Source of the DNA: the human T2T-CHM13v2.0 reference genome, Homo sapiens
Strand: one strand, 5' to 3'
Length of the DNA: 64,000 nt
NCBI RefSeq assembly: GCF_009914755.1
Contig: NC_060941.1
The notes under the pieces were generated by a model that was not told where the DNA came from, searched no databases, and was given only the letters and a program-made list of their open reading frames with translations. This document shows, in pieces, positions 25,463 to 37,611 of this stretch; positions within the stretch are counted from its first letter, which is position 1; each line of letters starts with the position of its first letter. The translations under genes were made by a program, and so were the position numbers.

Positions 25463-25606
25463 GTCCGCTCTGCAGTGTGTGCGTGAACCGCTTTGGCTGC
25501 CGGCCCGTCATGCTTGTGGGGGGTCTCTTTGCGTCGCTGGGCATGGTGGCTGCGTCCTTTTGCCGGAGCATCATCCAGGTCTACCTCACCACTGGGGTCA
25601 TCACGG
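25463..25606 (+). CDS. SLC16A3: MCT4 coding exon 2
   Basis: GPLCSVCVNRFGCRPV...; ccag|...G|gtgagt; 144 nt, phase consistent. Confidence 0.98.
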
Positions 25607-25871
25607 GTGAGTGGGGCCGGCCGGTGGGCCGCACGTGCCAGGAGGGGCAGGGGCCGTGCACTTCTGCTCCTGGGTCCAGGCCTCTGGAGGACAGCAGGGC
25701 GGGTGGCTGCGGGGTGTCCCGGCCCCACCTCGTTGTCCCCCTCTCGAGTGGGTGGGTGGCAGGGGCTCTGCACCCTGGGAGCCTGAGCCTGTGGGAACCT
25801 GGGGGCAGAGATGAGGGTCTCGGGCTTTGGGGCAGCCTTGGGGGGCTCTCACCACATTCCCTTTCCTCCAG

Positions 25872-26627
25872 GGTTGGGTTTGGCACTCAACTTCCAGCCC
25901 TCGCTCATCATGCTGAACCGCTACTTCAGCAAGCGGCGCCCCATGGCCAACGGGCTGGCGGCAGCAGGTAGCCCTGTCTTCCTGTGTGCCCTGAGCCCGC
26001 TGGGGCAGCTGCTGCAGGACCGCTACGGCTGGCGGGGCGGCTTCCTCATCCTGGGCGGCCTGCTGCTCAACTGCTGCGTGTGTGCCGCACTCATGAGGCC
26101 CCTGGTGGTCACGGCCCAGCCGGGCTCGGGGCCGCCGCGACCCTCCCGGCGCCTGCTAGACCTGAGCGTCTTCCGGGACCGCGGCTTTGTGCTTTACGCC
26201 GTGGCCGCCTCGGTCATGGTGCTGGGGCTCTTCGTCCCGCCCGTGTTCGTGGTGAGCTACGCCAAGGACCTGGGCGTGCCCGACACCAAGGCCGCCTTCC
26301 TGCTCACCATCCTGGGCTTCATTGACATCTTCGCGCGGCCGGCCGCGGGCTTCGTGGCGGGGCTTGGGAAGGTGCGGCCCTACTCCGTCTACCTCTTCAG
26401 CTTCTCCATGTTCTTCAACGGCCTCGCGGACCTGGCGGGCTCTACGGCGGGCGACTACGGCGGCCTCGTGGTCTTCTGCATCTTCTTTGGCATCTCCTAC
26501 GGCATGGTGGGGGCCCTGCAGTTCGAGGTGCTCATGGCCATCGTGGGCACCCACAAGTTCTCCAGTGCCATTGGCCTGGTGCTGCTGATGGAGGCGGTGG
26601 CCGTGCTCGTCGGGCCCCCTTCGGGAG
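25872..26627 (+). CDS. SLC16A3: MCT4 coding exon 3
   Basis: [35 protein letters not shown]; 756 nt, canonical splice sites. Confidence 0.98.
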
Positions 26628-27435
26628 GTGAGCGCTGCGCCCCCAGGCAGTTCCCCACACCTGCCCTTCCCGTCAGACGCCCGCTTTGCGAGGGGGGGGA
26701 CGCGCACCCCTCGGCAGCCACCCGCAGTGTGGGACTCAGAGCTGGAGGGGGTGCACTGTGCTGGACCAACCCTGATTCTGCTGGGGCTAGCGGGTCTCCA
26801 TTAGGAGTGGGGTGCTCCGTCCGGCACAGTGTGTCCAGACAGGCAGGGTGGCTAGGGGCTGGGCCCGGGGGGGGGCAGCTCCTCCAGGCTCTGCCTGGGC
26901 ACCACGCGGCAGCTCCAGGCAACCCAACAGCCGGCTTTTGCATTTTGGGGCCTCTCCTTTTTGAAGGATGACTGAGCTAACACGTGAGGGAAATTAAGTT
27001 CTGACTGGAGCAGCCTTGCCCAGGCTCCGCCTGCCTGGCGAGGGGGTCCTGGGCTTGGGGAGGGCTCATGTCTTGGAGTCCGCGGTGGCCAGGGCACAGG
27101 GCTGGTACTGAACACAGTAGGGCTTCTGGGGCTGCCGACTGGAAGCCTCAGGGGGACTCCGTGGGGACCAGCGTGACTCCTGCCACCAACCGAAACCCAA
27201 ACTCCACAAAGCCATTGCTATTTTTAGCCTCTTAAGTCTTGGTTCCCCTGAGGAGGAGGGAGGATGCCCCCAGCTGAAACACATGGAGGGGAGAGAACAC
27301 CTCCCAGCCCCACAAGCTCAGAGGCAGACAGGGTGACCCTTGCGTGCTGAGACACCGAGACACAGGCTTGGGTGGAGCCGTGGGCCCTGGGGGCAGCCCG
27401 CATGAGCGGCTGGGACTGACGGGGTCTTCCCGCAG

Positions 27436-27710
27436 GCAAACTCCTGGATGCGACCCACGTCTACATGTACGTGTTCATCCTGGCGGGGGCCGAGGTGCTC
27501 ACCTCCTCCCTGATTTTGCTGCTGGGCAACTTCTTCTGCATTAGGAAGAAGCCCAAAGAGCCACAGCCTGAGGTGGCGGCCGCGGAGGAGGAGAAGCTCC
27601 ACAAGCCTCCTGCAGACTCGGGGGTGGACTTGCGGGAGGTGGAGCATTTCCTGAAGGCTGAGCCTGAGAAAAACGGGGAGGTGGTTCACACCCCGGAAAC
27701 AAGTGTCTGA
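27436..27710 (+). CDS. SLC16A3: MCT4 last coding exon (total 1398 nt = 465 aa; C-terminal ETSV)
   Basis: cgcag|GC AAA CTC...ETSV*; exon lengths sum to an intact ORF. Confidence 0.98.
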
Positions 27711-28182
27711 GTGGCTGGGCGGGGCCGGCAGGCACAGGGAGGAGGTACAGAAGCCGGCAACGCTTGCTATTTATTTTACAAACTGGACTGGCTCAGGCAG
27801 GGCCACGGCTGGGCTCCAGCTGCCGGCCCAGCGGATCGTCGCCCGATCAGTGTTTTGAGGGGGAAGGTGGCGGGGTGGGAACCGTGTCATTCCAGAGTGG
27901 ATCTGCGGTGAAGCCAAGCCGCAAGGTTACAAGGCATCCTCACCAGGGGCCCCGCCTGCTGCTCCCAGGTGGCCTGCGGCCACTGCTATGCTCAAGGACC
28001 TGGAAACCCATGCTTCGAGACAACGTGACTTTAATGGGAGGGTGGGTGGGCCGCAGACAGGCTGGCAGGGCAGGTGCTGCGTGGGGCCCTCTCCAGCCCG
28101 TCCTACCCTGGGCTCACATGGGGCCTGTGCCCACCCCTCTTGAGTGTCTTGGGGACAGCTCTTTCCACCCCTGGAAGATGGA

Positions 28183-28188
28183 AATAAA
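28183..28188 (+). terminator. SLC16A3: SLC16A3 poly(A) signal AATAAA
   Basis: AATAAA ~470 nt after the stop, followed by GU-rich gtatgtggttttgctgtgtg. Confidence 0.85.
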
Positions 28189-28476
28189 CCTGCGTGTGGG
28201 TGGAGTGTTAGGACCAACGGTTTCCTAGGAGTATGTGGTTTTGCTGTGTGGCCTGTGTCCTGACTCGCACGTCTGCTGATGGCCTGGCTGTTCCTACCGT
28301 GGCTCTGTCCTCGCCAGCTTTCCCTGCAGCGGCATAGCATTCGTAGCAGGGGCAGGCGCTGCATGGAGGGGGCTGCGGGGCAGGTGCCTGGAGGCCGCTG
28401 TGCCAGGGTGGCCTCTGAAATGTGCCAGGGAGCCCCTACGTGGTGGTTAGATGGGAGCTGAGGTGGAACAAGCCAC

Positions 28477-28482
28477 TTTATT
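28477..28482 (-). terminator. CSNK1D: Candidate poly(A) signal for the CSNK1D variant-3 terminal exon
   Basis: AATAAA on - strand ~230 nt after the variant-3 stop. Confidence 0.55.
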
Positions 28483-28709
28483 CACTGCTGTGTTTAAGAA
28501 ACAGGACCCTCCTGCCTTCCCTTTTTCGCCCCTCTGCCTGGCTGGCAGTGTGCGTGGTGTGGTCAGTGCCCAGGGCTGGTCTTTGCACCCTGTCCTCCAT
28601 CCAGCCCGGCCCAGCGCTTGGGCTTGTCCTGGACACCTAACACCCACCTGCCCTCGTGGCCAGCAGTGGCCTGCGTGGCTGGGAGCCCGGTCAGAGGCCG
28701 CCGGGGCCC

Positions 28710-28796
28710 TCAGTAGGTGCGTCGTGGGCGCTGGGGACGGCAGCGGGTGCCCTGGCGGGCCGCGTGCAGCCGGAGAGATGCCATGTCCCTGCTCCT
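28710..28796 (-). CDS. CSNK1D: CK1 delta variant 3 terminal exon (RSRDMASLRLHAARQGTRCRPQRPRRTY*; 427 aa)
   Basis: Acceptor ttttcattgcag|AGG, phase 0 with exon 8; peptide recognised as the CK1d variant-3 tail. Confidence 0.85.
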   Translation of the reverse strand, partial: RSRDMASLRLHAARQGTRCRPQRPRRTY

Positions 28797-31424
28797 CTGC
28801 AATGAAAAGCAAGCGAAAAGTGCACATCTCAGGTCCAGCTGTCCCCATCTGCCCCTGGCCTTGCCCCAGCTGGGCTTGAGCTCTTGCAGCCCAGGCTCCT
28901 GCCTGCAGCCTCAGGGCTGTGGAGGCCTCTAGCAGGGCTCAGGCTGGCGGGCAGTGCCAGCAGTTGCAGGGATCAAGGTCAGACTCTGCACAGCTAGGCC
29001 CATGTGTCTCGGCAGAGTCCACCAGTCCCACCCAGCAGCTGAAGGGAGAAAGACGAGGAGGCAGGGAGCAGACGAGGAGGTGGGGAGCAGGCAGCCCGGG
29101 CCTCAGAGGACACATGGCCTTCCCCCGCTGGCACCCCCACATCAGGGCCACCAGGGGACTGCTCACACCCAGGGGTTGCCGCCTCTGGACCTGGCTGTCC
29201 CTGGTTCTGCTGACCTCAGGAGTGACCTGGGCTTACAGAGGTACTGGCAGGGAGGTCATGGGCCGGGTGAGGGGTGCTCGCTCCTGGAACCCTGTTTCCA
29301 GGTATCTCGGGCCCTCACCCTCCCCTAGGCAGGAAGCAGTCTCTCTAGCTCAACTGTCACCCCTCGTCTGCCCCACTCTGGTCCCCACACCCACAGCACA
29401 CAGCAGAGGCTCAACACAAAGTAGCCAGGCAGTGCTGCTCCCGGACAGACATGCCTGAGGGACCGTGCTCAGTGATTCAGGAGTGGTCCAGATGTGGGAA
29501 GGCAGCCACGCTTGGTTGGGGGCACAGGACGTGTGGGGGCTGGGGTCCCTGTGCCGCAGGGTGGGCGTGAGTGGGCGCTGAGTTCTACTACCTCCTCCCT
29601 CAGCTGGTGCCTTTAAAGGAGGGAAGCCATGGGGCAGTGGGTCTGCTCTGACCCGACAGGCAGGAGTGAAGGGGAAGGGAAGGGAAGCCCGGAGCCCACT
29701 GGGAAGAAGCTGGGGGCAGAGGTCTGGTGCGTGGGCTGCAGAGCTATCCCCCAACCCCGGCGACAGATTCTAGTGCCAAAAGTGGTTCAGGTCTACCGTG
29801 TTGTGAAGATCCCCTGACCAGAGACACGTCCGTCCAGAACCCACTGCTACTTGGGGTGGGGGTGGGGGGCAGAGGGCGCACAGACTTCTTCACATGATCC
29901 CAGATCAGAGGGAGAAGGGAGGTGTCCGCCCGGCCTGGGCCTTCCCAGAGAACAGCCCTGGAACAGATGTGTGCAAGGCCTGTGCCGGGGGAGGTGGCGG
30001 GGGAGGCACAGGGGACCCAGAAAGGGCTTGGTGGCCCCGGACGCTGCCGTCCCTCAGCCTTCCGAGGGGTCTATGGTGAAGCTCCCGGGAGGCGCTGCCC
30101 AGTACCTGGAGGGCCTGCTCTTTTCAGCGTCTAAACCATGCCTGAGGACACAGACCCAGCCAGACTCAGGTTCAGAGAACAAGCCCTCTAACTCTGTCCG
30201 CTCATGCCCCCGCAGATGAGATGGAACAGGCCTTGAGGACATGCAGCCCCTGCTCCCTCTCAGGGCAGGGAACCCCAGGAGGGCAGCTGTAGGCCTGGGA
30301 AGCTCAGGCAGGAACTGGAACTTGGGTCTTGCCGTTTTCCGGTTGGGGCCGGTGAGCGGGGCAGGGGCTGAGCCTCACCCACGGCCACAGTGAGGCCCCA
30401 CACGGTGTCTCAGTCTGGGGCAGCAAGAGGGAACCACGTGAGGCGGGCTGGAGACAGGGAAGGCCCGGAAGCCAGCTCAGATGCCCAGGGCACAGCCAGA
30501 ATGGCTGAGAGGAAGGGCCTGGGAGGAGGCAAAGTCTGGGCAGGAGGGGCTGGCAGAGCTCCAGGCCATGGGCATCCCCACGGTTGGGGAAGGAGTGCAT
30601 CACAGGCAGAGTTGGCGGGACAGCCCCGGAACGTGGGGCTCAGAAAGCTACACCGTTCTTAGAGCAACCTCCAGGCAAGTGACCCGAAGTCCCTGTGCTT
30701 TTTCACTACAAACAAAAATATCCTCCTCTTAGGCAGCGTGACCCTGGCCAAGGGGCCAAGGGAGTGGCCTGGAGTGGAGAGTACTGGGTGGAGGTGGGGG
30801 TGGGAGGGGAGCTGGGAGGGGAGGCGGCCTAGCCTGGCTGAGCTCACCCACACACGAGCACAGGTTAGGAGTTGGTGCAGACCTCCCTGCTCTGGCAGCC
30901 TGACAGCCCCCGCAGGCCTTGGATAGGGGCCACTGCTGTGTGCTCTGGGGGGGGGGGGAAGAGGAACCCTATCTCCTTGTGCCTGTGCAGGGCCATCGGG
31001 CAGCTCCTGGGCTTCAACAGCTCAAGCGACAGGGGGATCCCTGAGCACCACGGCCCTATGGCAGGGGGAAGGGACATGCGCTCACCCCAGGCGGCTGGAG
31101 TGCGGCTGCCGGTGCCGCCCGAGAAGGCAGGGACTCTCCAGAACCGTCACACAGAAAGTGCGTGGACTTCTGTGTGCACAACAGAGCCCAAGGGGGCAGC
31201 ACGGCGAGGAGCAGTCGCCACCCCTCCCTGCCCGGCAGCAGGCCCAGGGGGCAGCTCTCCTCCTGCTCTGCCAGCTCCCAGACACCCACAGGCTGAGAAA
31301 GAACAAACAGCCATCTCAAAGAAGTATTTTCACACAGTTCACCTCAACACAGTGAAAACTCTCAAGCTGATGAAATAAAGACCACATGGAAAGGGGAGGG
31401 AAGAAAGGTAGAAGTCATTATGAA

Positions 31425-31430
31425 TTTATT
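31425..31430 (-). terminator. CSNK1D: CSNK1D distal poly(A) signal (~2.1-kb 3'UTR of isoforms 1/2)
   Basis: AATAAA on - strand with upstream TGTA motifs and U-rich sequence downstream. Confidence 0.8.
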
Positions 31431-33517
31431 ATTTACACGATTGTTAAAGTACACAAATACAGTGGCGATACAAACGCACAGCTCGGAGACTGGCCGTCAG
31501 TGCACAGCTGACACGACGTCCTACCTACGTCTCCTGCACGGGGCGACGGGGACTAGATACTGGGCAAGGACTGTCACAAGCACTCCGAAGACGCGACCCG
31601 GCGAGGCTCGGGCTGGAACCCGGGCGCAGAGCTGCCTCGCACAAACGTTCTGGGCACTACATCGGGACCACAGATATTTACAAAGCAAGCTTGCGCCACT
31701 TCAGGCCACAGCGCGACGTCTCTCCGGGTGGGGGACGTCTATCTTCAAGAAGGGGTCCAGCAACAAAGAAAATCTCTTAACTCGGCTCTGACCCACCCCA
31801 ACCTCCCTCTGTACTTCAACACACAGCTCCCACCCGCTCAAGGCCCCGTACTCCAAAACGCTTACACAGTAACCAGCCTAGGATTGAGAAAGCATCCATG
31901 GGCTCAGGCAGACGGCCAGCCAGCTGGTGGGGGGGTGAACAACTGTGTTCTGGGACGCCAGCCAGTTATGGCATCCGGGGAACTCTGGGGAGGAGAAGGG
32001 AGAACCAAGGTGCACACCTTCGAAGCCCTAGAGTCCAAAGGGAACATCGTCCATCGTGATGGGGTCCAGCCGAAGTGCCCACGAACACAGACTGCCCTGC
32101 GCATTGGGGTTGGGAGCACATGGCCACTGGCTACCGCCCAAGTGCTGCGGAGTGAGAGGCGAGAAGGCATCCTGGGAACCTCAGGGCACAGCAGCATGGA
32201 GCCTGGGGCAGCACCAGCTCACGGAGGCCACCTGCCTTCTGGTGGGACTCGGCCCCACGCACGCTGCTTCACTTCTGACCAACAGACACGCGCCCAACAG
32301 AAGGTCACAGCGCAGACTCTACTTTCTGGCCGTGAAGGTTCTGGGTCCGGTTGGGAGAGTCACCTGCTCCTTGGCACCTCAGGGTGGGTCCTTCTGGCCT
32401 GCCGGCTTTTCTGAGCTAGTCTTGGCACGTGGCAAGGACAGCCCCGCTCCTGGTTTTAAGCACAGGCATTCATACAGACGGAGTGCCAATCCGCACAGGA
32501 GCATTGAGTGCTGAGAAAATGGACTGAGTGCAAAGGCAGCAAGGCAACAAACACTACAGTAACCACCTCTCGGTTCACAGTCCTCTCCCAAGGGACCAGA
32601 AACGCATCTTCCACCTTGAATCCTGGGACTCCCAATTGTCCTGCTAGGGTCTCAAAGCCTCTGCTTCCAAGCTCTCAGCTGCCTGCCCACCTCCTGGGGA
32701 AGAAGCGCGCAGTGCTTTGCCTGGTAACACCCACTGCACCCCTGCCCCGCGGCAGCCTGCGGTCCCTAACTGCTCTCCGAGGGCCTCAAGAGTTCCTGAC
32801 AGCAGGCATGTCAATTACGGGAGGAGGGAGGGTGAGACGCCAAAATCAGGTTGAAGAGGTCCCACCACACACGGGCACACACACACACCACGGACTTTTG
32901 ATGAGAAATCTCCTCTCCAAAGCGGACAATAAAACACTGCAAAACAAACACAGCACACACCCTTGAGATCCACCTGCACCTTCTCCCTGCCCGACTCCAC
33001 CTCATACACTAACTCCAAGCCAGCCTGTCTCAGAATTCCTTAGTCAACATTTTTTTTGTAAGACTGCAAAAACAGACAAGAAACAATAAAAAGACAGATT
33101 TTCTTTACACAGATTTAAGCCAATAATTTTTAGCAAAATGATACAAAACTGTCTTAACCAAGTAGAAGATTGGTAGTTACAGTGGAATCGTCAGGGAGTA
33201 CAGGGCGGCCACCACTGGAGGGAGCTGAGGCCCTGGAAAAGGAGTCTGATTCTCTGCAATTCTCTCTCTGCTTTTCTTCCCAGCCCCGTTACAACCGAGT
33301 TCACGTGGGGGGCCGCAGTGCAGCCCCAGCGGTGGCAGCTCTTGGAGTCTGTCCGTTTAGTATGTTTCCCCCACGAGCGTCGCTGGGTGAGTGGCCTGGA
33401 GAGCTCCCGGTGTTAACATTTCGATCCTAGACCGGGGGACGTGTCACTAGTAAAGCCATTGGTAACAGAGTAGATCAGCCATGCATTGTCTGCCCTTCAC
33501 AGCAATAAGGAGAGTTC

Positions 33518-33568
33518 TCATCGGTGCACGACAGACTGAAGACCACTGGAAGCCACCCGACCAGGAAT
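33518..33568 (-). CDS. CSNK1D: CK1 delta isoform 1 last exon (IPGRVASSGLQSVVHR*; 415 aa)
   Basis: ccgacag|ATT CCT GGT...CGA TGA; exon sum 1248 nt. Confidence 0.96.
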   Translation of the reverse strand: MPGRVASSGLQSVVHR

Positions 33569-34743
33569 CTGTCGGAGCCAAAGCACAGGAGAAGGTCAGC
33601 ATGGGGCTGGGGGAGCCGGCCAGGCAGATACCACAGTGACGGTGCTGGGCAGGGAGGGGACGCACCGCCACCGCCTAGCCCCAGTCTAGACGCCTGCGTC
33701 CCCCGCCACGCACAGGGGCCTCTGTGGCTGGGACACGTGCTCAGCAGAACGAGTGACAGGAAGACGGGAAGGAGGAAGAGGCATGCAAGCAAGGTGCCCG
33801 CGGAGCCGGGCTCGGCAGGGTCGAAGGATCCGAGTGGAGCGGAGACGGGTGCTCCTGCCTCCCTTCCTGGAAAGGAACCTGGTGTTTGAAAATGGGTACC
33901 CCTCTCAGGGAAGACATGAAAAGCAGTTCCTGTCAACACATTTCCAGAGTGTGCACAGTGTGAAAACTGCAGCGGGTCTCCCAGCGGCACAGACCCGACA
34001 GAAGCGCAAGCCCCTGCTGGAAGGAGCCGCCGAGCGCGCGTGGCCGCCGAGGAGGGAGCACAGCGTGGACGCCGGCCATGCACCGACGGCGGGGAGTGAG
34101 TGGGCTGCGGCTGGAGGAGTTAATACAGACGAAGCTGCGTGGACAAGACGGCTGGGCAGAGACCAAGTGTGAAAAGAAACACAAAACAAGGACAGAGATA
34201 AATGAGACAGGAAGAGAGAGGCGACTAGAAAAGCTGGCATGGCAGAGACTGCCCAGAGTGTGGCGCAGCAAGAGCTTAGGAGCCCCCAACACCAAGCGTG
34301 GAGCCACCCAGCTGAGCAGGACACAGACGCCCCTCCAGGCACGGCCGACCGCAGACAAGGCAACTCAAGTGCTCGGGGCACCCGCCTTGCCACTCCTGCC
34401 TCACGGGTGGGCACCCAGGACAGGAGGAGAGCAACGGCACACGGAACGCAGTCACGGGGAGGCCACAGGCCAACAGGATGGTCTCCTGGGGTCACTCTGT
34501 TCCAAAGCTCTCTGTGGACAGCCTCCCCCCAAGACTGGGCAGCGGACTGCCGCCGCTCTGCACCCCACAAGAAGAACAGAGCAGAAGAAGCCTCACTCTA
34601 CCTCCAGCACCTGGCATGCAAGCCCAGCCCACCTGCAAGCTCCCATGGGTGGGGCATGGTGGCTCCCACCCACCTGGCGCTGCTGCCTGGCGCCCGCCAC
34701 GCGCACACTCACCCAGTGCTGCCTTCCGATGGGAGACGAGCAG

Positions 34744-34776
34744 CTACTTGCCGTGGTGTTCGAAAGGAATGCTATT
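34744..34776 (-). CDS. CSNK1D: CK1 delta isoform 2 cassette exon (NSIPFEHHGK*; 409 aa); full exon 34713-34776, 64 nt
   Basis: cacctcag|AAT AGC ATT...AAG TAG ... G|gtgagt. Confidence 0.95.
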   Translation of the reverse strand, partial: NSIPFEHHGK

Positions 34777-37611
34777 CTGAGGTGGGGAAAAGACAGCTGT
34801 TGGTAAGCGTCCCGCTGGCCCCCTGACTACCTGTGTCGGCTCCATGTCCAGATGGGCATCCTTGCCTCAACCAGGTCCACAGACCGACAGGTGCCACCTG
34901 GGGGAGCCCAGGCACAGAGCACAGCCTCACTTGCCTCTCAGGACGGGCCTCTGGATGAGAGTGGTGCCCACTCCTCTTCTGGAATCACTTGCTCTTAAGG
35001 CCAACAATGGCATGGGACAGGCCCTCCTGAGTCTTCTCAAGCACTAAGAAAACCTGATCCCAGCAGGATGGCAGGTGCTGGGCAGCCCCACAACTGGGTC
35101 TCAGGGCACAGCCTGAAGGCAGGGGAGACGCACATCCTCGCCGGTACGACGACAGGGCTCAGGCCTAGTCCTGGGCAGGAGTTGATCAAAGCGAGTCATC
35201 GACTGTTGGAATGACAAGGCCTTCTTCTCACCAAGTAAAAACCCCAAACAGACTCAGCAACTAGATGGCCTTTAGGGCCCAGGCTACTGTAGCCAAAGAG
35301 CCCTGGCCGAACACCAACAGCCCGAAAAGAGAGGGGGCGAAGAGGGAACAGACCCAGGCGGAGTCCGGGCTGGGGCGGGGCCCTACAACTATGGGGGCCT
35401 CTGTGACCTACAGGCAGGCTGCCACGTGGTCTTCCACCCATCCACACCCAGCCACGGCCAGCAAGCCCTGGGAGACCTTCCTGCTGCCTCCTCCCATCTC
35501 CACAGGGCGCAAGGTCTCCTGAGAGGAGCAGAAAGAACAGGGAAGAGCGACGGCCCGAGGAGGAAGACTGGCCGGGGATGAGTCACTGCCCACGGTGACT
35601 GTGTCTCCAGCTCACCCGAGCAAACAGGTGAGGCGCTCAGAGCAATTGAGCCTCCTGTATTCCCCCTTGGGATTCAAAACGGGAGCTGCTGCTCACAGCC
35701 ACCACGTGTGCTGGTGCTGGCAGAGTCTGGCAGGAAGGACACACGGCCAAAGCCTTCCTGTGAGATGGTGACAAAGGAGGGGGCCCGCCCTGGAGGTGGG
35801 GAGCCCTCAACATGCCTCTCAGGAAGGCCCCCCAGGGTGTCCAGGAGCAGAGGCCAAGAGGCTTCTTTTGGAGAGAACACACCCCCAAACCAGCTCTCTC
35901 TGGAGACTCCTCCCTGCTGTTAGAGCCCACGTTGTATTTCCTCATATGGAAAACGAGGGCCTAAGAGCCAGCTGCGGGTTCCTGCCACAGCTCACCATGG
36001 AAGGAGACACTGCTCACGGCCACCTTGGGGGCTGGTGGCTACAACAGCCACACCCAGGTGCCGCCAAGGCCGTGTACCGAGAAAAGGCAGCTGGACTCAG
36101 GGCTGTGGCTACTCAGCACGCTCAGGACACCTTCACTGCCCACAAAGATCCCAAACCACTGGACACTTTACTTTCTTTAAAAGAAACAAAAAGCACTCAG
36201 GCCCCTTCCCTAGTCTTTGTCAGCCAAGCGCTGGGGCGAGGCTGTCCAAGTCCGGTCAGCACCCAGCATGGGGAGCACTCTGGGCTCCTGTACCATGGTT
36301 CAGGGGCTACAGAGCCAGCCGCACATCAAGACACGAGGGCACGGGCAGACCCTCCCGGGAACTGCTCACAGGAACTGATGCGCAAGTGCCAGGCTCGTGG
36401 AAAGAAGCCAGTTAAACCCTTTCTGTGCTGTGTCTGGAGGTGACAGCAGGGTTGTGTGCACGTAAGGGACCCATTCTCGTGACGCAGCCCAGACCCCTCG
36501 AGCCCAATTCATATAACCACAAAGTCAAAATAACCACGAAGCCAAAATCCCTGCATCTTTGGTCTCTTTGGGAGGAAGTTATACAAAAAGGTCTGTTTCT
36601 AGTGAAATTATTAGTGAATTAGAAACGTGCAGTAAAACCCCAATCATTAAAAGACGGCAAGTGGTCAAGAGTGCTCCCCACTCCGGCATGTTCCTGGCTA
36701 GCCAGCTACACCCAGCCCCGCTCACGGCAGCAGGCCTGGCTCCATCCTGTGATCCCAACAAACACCTCCCCACAAGCCCAGAGCCAGGCTCCAGGGCATT
36801 TCTGAACTGAGTTCCTGCTCATCCGGAAGACCCGTGGGGGATCTGGGCACCCCCCAGGATGCCTGCTGGTGAAACAGCCCTGCCCCACTAACCCTGCCCC
36901 TGTTGGCGAACAACCCAGAAAACTATTTGAAGAAATATAATGGATCCATATGGAGAAAGCTGTTCTAGTTCAAAGAGCACGTTAGCAAACGCAAAAGACA
37001 ACAAAAGCCAGAGCGAGGAGAGGAGAGACCGCTGCAGGATGCTGAAGAGGCGGTGGCCGTGGCTAGGCCTGGGCTGCGCAACAGGGTACTTCTCGTCCAA
37101 GGGAAGACAGGTGAGGCCGTCAAAAGAAGGAAAGCCTCGTTGCAGGGCATGCCACCAGGGAGGGTCTCACAAGAAGCCCGTGGAGGTCCCTACGGGCCTC
37201 CATCCCTGGCCAGTGGCAAGAATGAGGAAGAATGAGGAAGGCTCCCTCGGGCTGGGGGCACCCACAATGGGGCGCAAGCAGGCGAGCGGTGTCAGCTGCC
37301 TGGGGACGGCTGCGGGCAGCGGGGCACTCAAACAGCAGGAGAAAGCCCCCACGGTTTGCTGGCCTCAGGGACCTGAGACCTGAGACTGGCCACCTGCAAC
37401 CAGGAGACAAGCCCCATGACGGCCCAGCATGTCTCCCAGGCCCTCCCGAGAAGCCTCATCTGCAACCAAGACGCCACACCCTGGCGAGATTAAAAACTCT
37501 CAAAAATGGGGGGAAGAAAGGAAAGAAGAAGCCCTGGAGAAACCACAGCCCGCTCTTGACTCGGACGGGGTAGCCCGAGGCCCAGCGCCCGCCCGGGAGC
37601 TCTGCACCTAC

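Noticed and set aside
26628-26971. ORF extension past the SLC16A3 donor
   Set aside because: Intron read-through in GC-rich DNA; canonical splicing gives intact MCT4
33060-33150. Possible proximal CSNK1D poly(A) site
   Set aside because: U/GU-rich context is present, but I found no canonical minus-strand hexamer; needs 3'-seq
37456-37611. Exon 8 read-through giving a Phe-rich 51-aa tail
   Set aside because: Good donor at 37612; no nearby minus-strand poly(A) signal noticed; Phe run comes from a T-rich intron tract
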